A stretch of DNA of 64,000 nucleotides, taken from the NCBI GenBank assembly GCA_965215885.1, contig CBDCEW010000078.1:17759-81758 (forward strand), in the 5' to 3' direction. Positions 10,333 through 18,413 of the stretch are shown here, piece after piece. Made by a program: the position numbers and the translations under genes. The stretch's first letter is position 1. Every line of letters starts with the position of its first letter. Under the pieces are notes generated by a model. It made no database searches, was not told the DNA's origin, and saw only the letters and a program-made list of their open reading frames with translations. This stretch comes from Candidatus Moanibacter sp. Lineage in GTDB: Bacteria; Verrucomicrobiota; Verrucomicrobiia; Opitutales; UBA2987.

Positions 10333-12138
10333 TTACCGGTCCGGGATCTGTTGCCGCAAGCGTGCCTCCACGACCGCTATGATCGGATCCGAATCGCGCA
10401 TCCCCCGCGCCACGATGAGAGCCTTCTGCCAATAGTCCCGAGCTCGCGTCTGTTCGCCTTTTTCCCAAAACACGTCGCCCAGCGCGATTGAGGCGTTCAC
10501 GTCTTCAGGACGCTCCTTACTGTAGACTTCCATACTCTCGGCGGCGGCTTCGTAGTTTCCCATCCTTGCGTGGACCACGCCGAGGTTCAAGTGCAGCTCA
10601 ACGTTGCTCGGATCGCCGGAAAGCGCCCCCTGGTAGTCCATGGCCGCTCCCGGATAGTCTCCCTCCCTCGCTTTGCGATTGCCGGATTGCTGAAGAAAGG
10701 TCAGGAACATGGCGAGCAATTCGGGGTTATCCGGTTCCAGGTTCATGGCTTCGCGCAGGGGCGGCCCGCCTCGTTCGAGATCGTCCTTTTCCAGGTAATA
10801 CTGCGCCAGGAATACACGCGAATGGTAATCCAATAACGAACGTCTCCGCACCTCCTGGAAAAAGCCCATGGCTTCACTTTCGCGCCCTTCTTCCCAAAGC
10901 GTTCGAGCAAGGTTGCGCAGAGACGGGAGGTGTGAGGGATCCTGCTGTAAGGCCTTGCGCAAATGAATCTGCGCTTCTGTGCGCTCTCCCTGCTCAATGA
11001 GTAACTCGGCCAACGCGCTCAGTATATCCGGTGAACGCGGATTCTCCTCCAATCCTTTGAAAGCCATGGAGATTGCAGTATCTTCCTCCCCCAATCCCCG
11101 GTAGAGGCGCACGAGTTCACCATAGATCATGGTCGCATCCCCGCCGAATTGCAGGGCCTTTCTGTAGGCGGAAATGGCCGCCTTTTTGTCCCCCATTTCC
11201 GAGTAGGCCAAGCCCCGAACGAGGTGTAATTTGGGCGACTCGGGCGCGATGTTCTCGGCCCGATCGAGAATATCCAAAGCGCTTTCGAATTGGCGAGTGG
11301 CCACCTCTATGTCCGCCAGCACGGTCAAGCGATACAGGTCGTAACAGCGGGTCGTTAAGGTATCCATCCACGGGTCCGGGCTCTCGCGATAGCGCCCGTG
11401 TTTCTGTCCAAGCGCGCGGGCCACTTCAGCTCGATACCTTTCGCCCTTTTTATCCAGCAGCTGCGCCATCAGCATATAACCGGGACCAAATCCCCCAATG
11501 GTTTCCCCCATTCGTGACAGCAGGGAGAGGACCTCTTCCTCCTCACCTTGTCGAAGACGCTCGCGCGCAATGCCAAGCAGGGCATAGACATTGGTCGCAT
11601 CCAACTGCAGACATTTAAGGTAAGCCTCGTGCGCAGATTCCGGTTTGCCGGATTTTAACAAAACGTCGCCCAATCGAAGCTGGGCCGGTAAGTAAGTCGG
11701 CTGCAGCGCGACCACCTTTCTCAAATGGCTCTCGGCCAAGGCGAGATCGCCCCAGTTCAGGCGCAGATCTGCCAGGTAGTAAGCCCATCGCGGCTCTCCC
11801 TGATCCCGTTCATGCAATAAGGTATAGCAGGTTTCCGCCTCCTTCAGGAAGCTATTCGCATGATAAAGCATCGCCAGTTCACCCAGCCCTTCGACTCCGG
11901 TCCCGAACGGGGACACCGCGTCGCTCGCGTCTTGCAGCGCCTGAGCAAACGCTTCAGGCCATGCGCTCGTATCCGGCAAAGGGGGCTGCTGCTTGCGAAG
12001 CGCATCGATCGCACGTTTGCGCTCCATAAGACCCGCACCGTACCACAGGCCAAAGGAAATCAAGGCCAGGAGGATCAAACCCATCGCGTAAACGAAGTGC
12101 TTGCGTCGAAATCGGGCAGTTTCCTTTCGTTGTGTCAT
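10333..12138 (-). CDS. Membrane-anchored tetratricopeptide repeat protein
   Basis: N-terminal TM followed by many TPR-like helical repeats (601 aa). Confidence 0.85.
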   Translation of the reverse strand: MTQRKETARFRRKHFVYAMGLILLALISFGLWYGAGLMERKRAIDALRKQQPPLPDTSAWPEAFAQALQDASDAVSPFGTGVEGLGELAMLYHANSFLKEAETCYTLLHERDQGEPRWAYYLADLRLNWGDLALAESHLRKVVALQPTYLPAQLRLGDVLLKSGKPESAHEAYLKCLQLDATNVYALLGIARERLRQGEEEEVLSLLSRMGETIGGFGPGYMLMAQLLDKKGERYRAEVARALGQKHGRYRESPDPWMDTLTTRCYDLYRLTVLADIEVATRQFESALDILDRAENIAPESPKLHLVRGLAYSEMGDKKAAISAYRKALQFGGDATMIYGELVRLYRGLGEEDTAISMAFKGLEENPRSPDILSALAELLIEQGERTEAQIHLRKALQQDPSHLPSLRNLARTLWEEGRESEAMGFFQEVRRRSLLDYHSRVFLAQYYLEKDDLERGGPPLREAMNLEPDNPELLAMFLTFLQQSGNRKAREGDYPGAAMDYQGALSGDPSNVELHLNLGVVHARMGNYEAAAESMEVYSKERPEDVNASIALGDVFWEKGEQTRARDYWQKALIVARGMRDSDPIIAVVEARLRQQIPDR

Positions 12139-12279
12139 TAGTCGAGTTCGCTGTTATCACTCAGTCGGGCTTCCATTGCGCCCAGTGTAGACGTCGGGAT
12201 AAAACCGCTACGCCTGGAATGACGATTAGATTGGTAATTGCAGGCGACCTGTTCAAAATGAGACACTGATCAAGTCTAT

Positions 12280-15200
12280 CTACCGCCGAATGACCATCAA
12301 GCGATTCTTCTCGATGCCAGAATTAATCCTGTTCTCTGAGCCATCAGACCAAGTCACCAAAACCGCTTTGATTCGAGCCCCACTGCCCAATCCAAAATGA
12401 AGCCTCTGACCCTGAAAGCCGACATACCCTTGGCCCATTTTAACTTCTCGGCGATAAGTAGCACGGTCGGTGACAACTTTGACGACCGCGTTGCCCGCCT
12501 GCTTAAATCCCACAGAATCAACCAGATCAATCAGAAGAGCGTCGCCAGCTGCTGAATTGACCATGAACTGAAAGGGTGTCAGCGCTCCGCTCGTTAGAAC
12601 ATCAAGATCACCGTCGAGATCGATGTCGAAAATGAGGCTGGACGAGTTCATGACAAGCTTTTCTTCGATGTCCTTTTGATGTTCTGAGAGCTCGAAAACC
12701 TTTCCCGCTTTGTTCTCGAGCCATAGATTTGAATAGGAAACCTCTTTCTCGACACCGGCAAAGCCATTGACCACAAAGAGATCTTGCCATCCGTCATTGT
12801 TCAAGTCGGCAAATCGACTGCCCCAGGCCCAACCCGTTTCATTGATTTTAAAGGCTGCCGCTCGGTCCCTCTCCCAGCCATTAGTTTTGCCAGTGTTGAA
12901 TAAGGCATTCCTGGACGCTGATCTTGATGACTTATAAAGAGGCGGCGAAGCGACCTTGCCAATATTGACATCGCGAATGAGTCTGCAGAATGTCGCAAGG
13001 AAGGGCACCAAGTTCTTTTGTTCGCAGAAAGACATTTGATCTCGGCCGACATGTCTCATCAACTGCACAACCTGCTGACAAGCCTTCTTGCGATTCGCAT
13101 TTTGAAATTGATCACAAGCCGCAAGATTCGCATTTCTTTTGTTTCCGACTTCAAGTGCGGCGAACATCTCAGTGAGTTCAAGACACTGGCTTTTCGCACC
13201 TTCTTCCCAAAGCTGACAGAGGGCGGTCAGCGGGCGAGGCTCTCCGACCCAATCGGACCTCATAAAATGACTGCCAACGACGATTTGCTCAGGCACTTGG
13301 TCTCCATCGATATCGGCAGCATCGACACCCATCCCTGTGGTAGGCACAGGGACCTTTGACGGAAGCAGGTTGAGTTGCCCGGACTTATAAGTGCTGAGAT
13401 AAGATGGCATGCCGAAATCATTCGCCACAATAAGATCTGTATTGCCATCGCCATTTGCATCGGTAAAAAGATTCGCCAGGCTTTCACCGACCCATTGCTC
13501 ATTCTTTTGAACCTCAAATTCTGGAAAATGATTGTAAAGAATTACGTTTTCGCTTTTCAACGGGCGCGTTTTGTTGCGAATTAGGAAATGTGCAGCATGA
13601 CTGTGGGCAAAGGCCAAGTCCGGCAGACCATTCTGATCTAGATCTGCCACGGTGATTGCAGATGGGATGCTCCCCTGCGTCCCGGGAATCTGGATCCAAG
13701 ACGAAGTCCCCCAACCTCCATCATTATTCCCCCAACCTCCATTATTATTTAAGATATAAGAAATTCCCGAGAAAAAACTCGAGGCGAGAAGATCTAGATC
13801 CCCGTCATTGTCGAGGTCGATCAACGCGAGAACTAAAATCCGTTCGTGCAATTGCGGCAATGGAACTCGCTTAAATTCTCCGCCAGTATTGGCATAAGCG
13901 TCGATATGGTTTTCGCTGGCGACGACAATGTCCTGCCAAAGGTCCCCATTGAAATCGCCGTTGGTCATCGGTCGAGCCGTTCCTATTTCAGGTTCCGCGT
14001 AAATCAACGGGCTCGGGAAATAGCTCACTATCCCAAGGCTCAATCCTGACACGACCTTAACTTTATCTCTCGTGCGCTCACGCAGAGCATAGGTCTCAAC
14101 TTCGACTCCTTCATACCGTCCCTTGTCGATTCTCTCTAAAACAGGACCGGTATTTTTCGGATCATAGGAGACGACTGCAAGAGCCACTGCTTGCTTCACT
14201 TGAGGCAGCTGCACGGCCTCAGTTTTGTCGTCCGACAAGTAGAGCTCCGACACTCCTGAAAGTAAAATCGCACAGCTCATCACGGCAGCAAAAATATAAG
14301 ATGAAAGGCGCAAAGAAAGCATCTTTCCGACAAGAAAATAGCTATAAATGCTAAAGCTACCCAACGAGAACAGCAGAGCAGCAACCAGCCACATCGGCGA
14401 GCCCGACTGGTAAAACGAATTGGCGACGATCACGTCAACACCTATTGGAAGAGGTAAAAATGTTCCAAAAAATGAAACCAAGAGCACATCCGGGACCGAA
14501 AATGAACGACTCTCAAAGACAGAAAGAAGACCCGAATGCGCTAACAAGGCGCCAAGCAGGCCCGCTAAGAGCATTAACGGCAGAGAAAATTTAATTACAT
14601 AAAATACATTCTGAAAAACTTGTCTCAATGGATTCCGCCCATCGAATTGAGGTGCTATCGAAGCACTCGTATCACAGCTCATTTCTTTAGCTTTTCCGAC
14701 CAGACTAGGAGCGGCCTTCACTAAAAGAGGTAGCACCAAGAGTATCAGCAGAAAATTAAATGATAATTTCGCTATGACGAGCCCTGCGGGAAAGAGCGAA
14801 AAACTCATCGAGACGACGACGATATTAAAAACCGGGCTTGCCAGCATTGCAGCCAGTGCCATGGTTACTCGGCTTGAACCGAGCAGTCCAATCATCATTG
14901 GCGCGGCACAGTTAACACAGACACCGAGCGGAGTTCCAAGCCCAAGGCCCATCAAGGCCTGTGTGAAATTGTTTTGCCCGCGCGAGAAAGTCAAAGACTG
15001 AAAGAGTGAAAGGAAGAAGGCACCTAAGAGCATGCCAAAAACCATCCCCTGCAAGTTGGTATCACACCAATTCAGCCATGTTAGAAAAACTTGAGTGACA
15101 AAGTTCTGTGATTCGGTGACCTGAAAGACCGGATTGTGACTCAACATGGATGGCTGATCGACACCCGCTCCGGTGCTTTTCTTATCGAGATCTGGATAGC

Positions 15201-15360
15201 GCGAGGTCATCCAAAAACTCGCCGTCAAAATTGCGATCGAGATCATCGAAAGAATCGCTAAGCGGCGATGCTGAATCCTTAGACCAATGCCGATTCGCAA
15301 CGCTGAAAGCGGTGCCCCGAGTGAGGTTGCAAAGAAAAATCGAGGGATTCTGTCAATCAT
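12280..15360 (-). CDS. DUF318/ArsP-like permease fused to FG-GAP repeats and an ASPIC/UnbV domain
   Basis: About 370 aa multi-TM region with GTPLGVCVNCAAP and ASPVFN, then DFNGD/DLDNDGDLD repeats and a C-terminal RLHFGLG..VTWSDG. Confidence 0.8.
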   Translation of the reverse strand: MIDRIPRFFFATSLGAPLSALRIGIGLRIQHRRLAILSMISIAILTASFWMTSRYPDLDKKSTGAGVDQPSMLSHNPVFQVTESQNFVTQVFLTWLNWCDTNLQGMVFGMLLGAFFLSLFQSLTFSRGQNNFTQALMGLGLGTPLGVCVNCAAPMMIGLLGSSRVTMALAAMLASPVFNIVVVSMSFSLFPAGLVIAKLSFNFLLILLVLPLLVKAAPSLVGKAKEMSCDTSASIAPQFDGRNPLRQVFQNVFYVIKFSLPLMLLAGLLGALLAHSGLLSVFESRSFSVPDVLLVSFFGTFLPLPIGVDVIVANSFYQSGSPMWLVAALLFSLGSFSIYSYFLVGKMLSLRLSSYIFAAVMSCAILLSGVSELYLSDDKTEAVQLPQVKQAVALAVVSYDPKNTGPVLERIDKGRYEGVEVETYALRERTRDKVKVVSGLSLGIVSYFPSPLIYAEPEIGTARPMTNGDFNGDLWQDIVVASENHIDAYANTGGEFKRVPLPQLHERILVLALIDLDNDGDLDLLASSFFSGISYILNNNGGWGNNDGGWGTSSWIQIPGTQGSIPSAITVADLDQNGLPDLAFAHSHAAHFLIRNKTRPLKSENVILYNHFPEFEVQKNEQWVGESLANLFTDANGDGNTDLIVANDFGMPSYLSTYKSGQLNLLPSKVPVPTTGMGVDAADIDGDQVPEQIVVGSHFMRSDWVGEPRPLTALCQLWEEGAKSQCLELTEMFAALEVGNKRNANLAACDQFQNANRKKACQQVVQLMRHVGRDQMSFCEQKNLVPFLATFCRLIRDVNIGKVASPPLYKSSRSASRNALFNTGKTNGWERDRAAAFKINETGWAWGSRFADLNNDGWQDLFVVNGFAGVEKEVSYSNLWLENKAGKVFELSEHQKDIEEKLVMNSSSLIFDIDLDGDLDVLTSGALTPFQFMVNSAAGDALLIDLVDSVGFKQAGNAVVKVVTDRATYRREVKMGQGYVGFQGQRLHFGLGSGARIKAVLVTWSDGSENRINSGIEKNRLMVIRR

Positions 15361-15529
15361 GAGTTCTTCCTCGAAAATTTGGCCGAATAAAGTTCCTTTT
15401 TACTCGGGCGCTCCCCTCTGCATAGGCCTCGATGGTTGGAACGTCGTAAACATAGGCGTGAACTGTAATGGATTTAGAATCCGGGTATCTTTTGTAAATA
15501 TTGGCCACGAACGATAAGAAATCGATTTT
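15353..15529 (-). pseudogene. 3' remnant of a gene translationally coupled to the permease fusion
   Basis: Open frame KIDFLSFVANIYKRYPDSKSITVHAYVYDVPTIEAYAEGSAR...THD* whose stop overlaps the permease start (ATGATTGA). No upstream start; abuts the RAYT remnant. Confidence 0.45.
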
Positions 15530-15545
15530 CTGGTGGTGCGGGCAG

Positions 15546-15758
15546 ATGCCCGTTGAGACCGGTCTGAAGAAGCGATGTCATCACGTGAAGGGTATGTGAC
15601 GGGGCTGGATGGGTCAAGCGGAAGGGCGCGCTGGCCACGTCTTCCAGGGTCGATACAAGCCCCTGGTCATAGAAGGTGATTTTGGCTTATTGAAAGTCGT
15701 GGACCATATTCATTTGAACCCGGTCTGGCAGGAATACGTCGCTACCACAGCCGCCTGA
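15546..15758 (+). pseudogene. Degenerate REP-associated tyrosine transposase (RAYT, Y1_Tnp) remnant
   Basis: In-frame RAGHVFQGRYKPLVIEGDFGLLKVVDHIHLNPV (15627-15725) matches the RAYT GHLFQGRY...YIHLNPV motif. In-frame TGA at 15597 and the HUH region is missing. Confidence 0.8.
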
Positions 15759-15804
15759 AATGGATCATGGAAGAAAGCCCGAAAAACATGTGGCAGCAAT
15801 TAAA

Positions 15805-16144
15805 ATCGACGAAGCTTACGACGAAGTTTGGAGGGAACTTCTCCCCCGTAAGGGAATCTTCGTCGTCAACTTTGTCGCGAGCTTTGTCGTCTTTTCCTGT
15901 TAATTCTCTCGATCAAGCTTACGACGAAGTTTACGATTAAGTTTGCAGGGAGCATTATCGACCCGCCAGGGCCCCTTTGTCGTAATCTTCGTCGTCAACT
16001 TCGTCGTTCTTTCCGTTCTCTCTCGTCGATATCCAGTCGATCCTCTCTCGACAAAGCTCACGACAAAGCTCGCGACAAAGTTTGGAGGGTTACTCGTCGG
16101 CAGGAATTCTTCGGGACTTCGTCGTCAATCCCGCTGAGCGGGAT
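15805..16144. repeat. Cluster of three inverted-repeat units built from 12-13 nt CGACGAAGCTTA/CGACAAAGCTCA tandems
   Basis: CGACGAAGCTTACGACGAAGTTTG ... CTTCGTCGTCAACTTTGTCG repeated, ending in ATCCCGCTGAGCGGGAT. Confidence 0.8.
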
Positions 16145-16152
16145 CGTTCTTT

Positions 16153-16577
16153 TCATTTCCCTCCATCCAGCCCCGTCTTACCCATCTGCCTCGAGGCGAG
16201 GACCCAGGGGTCCTTCGTTTCCGTCCTGAAACGCCGCACCTTCGTGCGCATCTCTTCGCCGATTTCCTGAAGTGCCGGATCGTGAATGAGATTCGTTGAT
16301 TCGATGGGATCAATTTCGATGTCGAACAAGGCCTCCGCATCCTGGTGCAGGAAATTACGTGTCCGTATTGTCCGTGCGTATGGCTGTAGTGCCGTGTCAG
16401 GATGTTCGCCCGGCTGGCGGCACAGGAGGGGGTGGTGCAAAAGGCATTGGTGAAAAGCGTCCCCCGCGCGGCGAGGGCGTCAACGTGGGGAGTCCGGATC
16501 ACCGGACTGCCATAGCATCCCGCGATGGGACTCCAGTCATCGGCGATCAATAACAGGACGGAACGCAACCCGGCCAA
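16153..16577 (-). pseudogene. Sulfatase (sulfamidase-like) with a large internal deletion
   Basis: N-terminal LLIADD..TPHVD..CAASR..HGQYGH is joined out of frame near 16358 to the C-terminal EALFDIEIDPIESTNL..TKDPW. Confidence 0.85.
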
Positions 16578-16630
16578 ATTTCATCCTCGCATAGCGAAAT
16601 GAGAAGAAATTCGCGTATGAATGCGAATTT

Positions 16631-16858
16631 CTATGTCGACAATTCTGGAACGTGGTCGTCTTCGTAGCGTTTGATCAATACCCCGACAACTTCCATGAGT
16701 GAGGCTAAAGAGTGTGCTTCGTCTTCTCCGATCTCATCGATCATTGAGTCCAGGAATGCGACAAGCTCCTCATATTCGGCCTCGTTGTGAGGCACAAAAA
16801 GAGTCTTCGAGAAAGACGGCCACGTTCTCTTGGCTTCTTCCATACGGACTAACGTCAT
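16631..16858 (-). CDS. Short HigA-like antitoxin (N-terminal domain type, no HTH)
   Basis: PHNEAEYEELVAFLDSMIDEIGEDEAHSLASLMEVVGVLIKRYE, AAGGAG RBS, directly after a higB remnant. Confidence 0.7.
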   Translation of the reverse strand: MTLVRMEEAKRTWPSFSKTLFVPHNEAEYEELVAFLDSMIDEIGEDEAHSLASLMEVVGVLIKRYEDDHVPELST

Positions 16859-16861
16859 TTA

Positions 16862-16927
16862 TCACTCCTTCCATTTCCCTAGGTCATATTATTCATGCGT
16901 GAGGATATGACGAATGTGGATGTTTCG
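16862..16927 (-). pseudogene. HigB-family toxin C-terminal remnant with an in-frame stop
   Basis: Reads RNIHIRHILTHE*YDLGKWKE*, the typical IRxVLTHxEYDxGxWK HigB end. Confidence 0.75.
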
Positions 16928-17096
16928 CGGCAAAGTCGTTAAGCCTTATCCGAGTGATCACATCCGATTCCCAACTGATCGCCTACGCGGGGCCGAAGCT
17001 GAACCCTCACACCTGTCACTGGTGGACGGTTCGTGTATGGGATGGACGTGGAAAGCCCGGCTGGCCGGGATCGGACAAAGTCCGGCTATAAGGCTG

Positions 17097-17876
17097 TTAG
17101 TAGGCCGATACCAACCCCATTCCCCCATCGATGACGAGTACCTGCGCGGTTACCATGGAGGCGGCATCGGACGCGAGGTATACGATCGCGCCTGCGATAT
17201 CGGAGTATGCCAGTGGCAGGCCGTGGAGGAATGTGCCCGGTTTCGGTGATCGCAGGATGGGTAATGTTTCTTCTTCAAAGGGGCGCATTCGGCCCGGGGC
17301 AAGTGCGTTCACTCGTATACCGTGCCGTTTAAACTCCATTGCCATGACCCGTGTCATATGGACGACGGCGGCCTTTGCGATCGAATAACCGGGGTTGCTG
17401 GGCTGAATGTGCACTCCTACCCGTGAAGCGATGTTGACGATGGATCCTGCGACGCCGCCCTCGATCATGTGCCGCGCGACTGCCCGCGACATCAGAAACG
17501 TCCCCCGTACGTTAACCTGATAGTGTTGATCGAGAATATCGACCCGGTAATCGAGCGAACCTGCAGAAACGTCGTCCATTCTGCCGGCATTGTTGACCAG
17601 TACGTGTACCGGTCCCAGCCTAACGGTGATGTCACCCACGCACGGTTCGATGGCGTCCGCGTCCCGGAGGTCCAGGGGCACGAATAGCGCTCGCCGGCCC
17701 AGCGCTTCTGCCTCCTGGACGACCGCATGCGCCTCTTTCTCTTGTGTAGGCAGGTCAATGATGGCCAGATCCGCGCCCGCCTCAGCCAGGGCCAGGCAGA
17801 ACTCCCGGCCCAGATTACGCGAGCCGCCTGTTACGATGGCGTTGCGACCGCCCAAATGGAACTTCTCCAGCGTCAT
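17097..17876 (-). CDS. SDR family NAD(P)-dependent oxidoreductase
   Basis: TGGSRNLG, NNAG, YSIAK and IDGG motifs. Confidence 0.92.
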   Translation of the reverse strand: MTLEKFHLGGRNAIVTGGSRNLGREFCLALAEAGADLAIIDLPTQEKEAHAVVQEAEALGRRALFVPLDLRDADAIEPCVGDITVRLGPVHVLVNNAGRMDDVSAGSLDYRVDILDQHYQVNVRGTFLMSRAVARHMIEGGVAGSIVNIASRVGVHIQPSNPGYSIAKAAVVHMTRVMAMEFKRHGIRVNALAPGRMRPFEEETLPILRSPKPGTFLHGLPLAYSDIAGAIVYLASDAASMVTAQVLVIDGGMGLVSAY

Positions 17877-18082
17877 ACTCGGTGGCGCCGAGGTATTGAT
17901 CAGTCCAAAGCCAGTGTGGCTTCACCTTCGAGCATGGTGTCCTCGGCACGATCGCCTTTCGGACCGTACGGGCAGGGGCCCGTTGAGAGTGGCCTGAAGG
18001 AGCGTATCATGGTGAGAAGAGTCCCAGAATACGCCGGATGAGGCAAGCAGAAGCGCGCTTTTTCGGGTTCTAGAGGAGCATC

Positions 18083-18160
18083 CGATTAAGCTGACGACGA
18101 GGCTTACGATTAAGTTTGAGGGAGCTTCTTCCACCCGTAAGGGAAACTTCGTCGTCAACT
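18083..18160. repeat. Single unit of the CGACGAAG inverted-repeat family
   Basis: Matches 15807-15870, including the internal GGGAGCTTCTTCCACCCGTAAGGGAAACTTCGTCGTCAACT. Confidence 0.75.
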
Positions 18161-18288
18161 GTGCTCCGTAAGTCGCTGAATTTTGTAGCCGCGTTCGCAA
18201 GAACGTGGTCTTGGTTTCCGAAAGGGCGACTCTTTCAGCAGAATCGGTCCTGCCGTACGGTAGGATTCGGGGTCACCGAAGCTTCTAT

Positions 18289-18354
18289 CGTGTTGACCAA
18301 GTCGACGCCAGATGTAATGGACGTGTTGACCAAGTCGACGCCAGATGTAATGGA
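18289..18354. repeat. Perfect 33-bp tandem duplication
   Basis: CGTGTTGACCAAGTCGACGCCAGATGTAATGGA x2. Confidence 0.95.
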
Positions 18355-18413
18355 TGTGTCCGGGGCTTTCGAAGCATAAAATCGTTTAGCAGGCCGTCAA
18401 AAAGGAGTAGAAC

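Noticed and set aside
3349..15360. Enediyne or other biosynthetic cluster suggested by UnbV domains
   Set aside because: No PKS, NRPS or tailoring core is present. ASPIC/UnbV is widespread outside such clusters.
15597..15599. Selenocysteine readthrough of the in-frame TGA, given the SelA-like gene at the window start
   Set aside because: The TGA lies in a deleted transposase relic at no conserved Cys position, and the SelA-like call is only family-level.
15805..16144. CRISPR array
   Set aside because: Units are inverted 12-13-mer tandems, not direct repeats with unique equal-length spacers.
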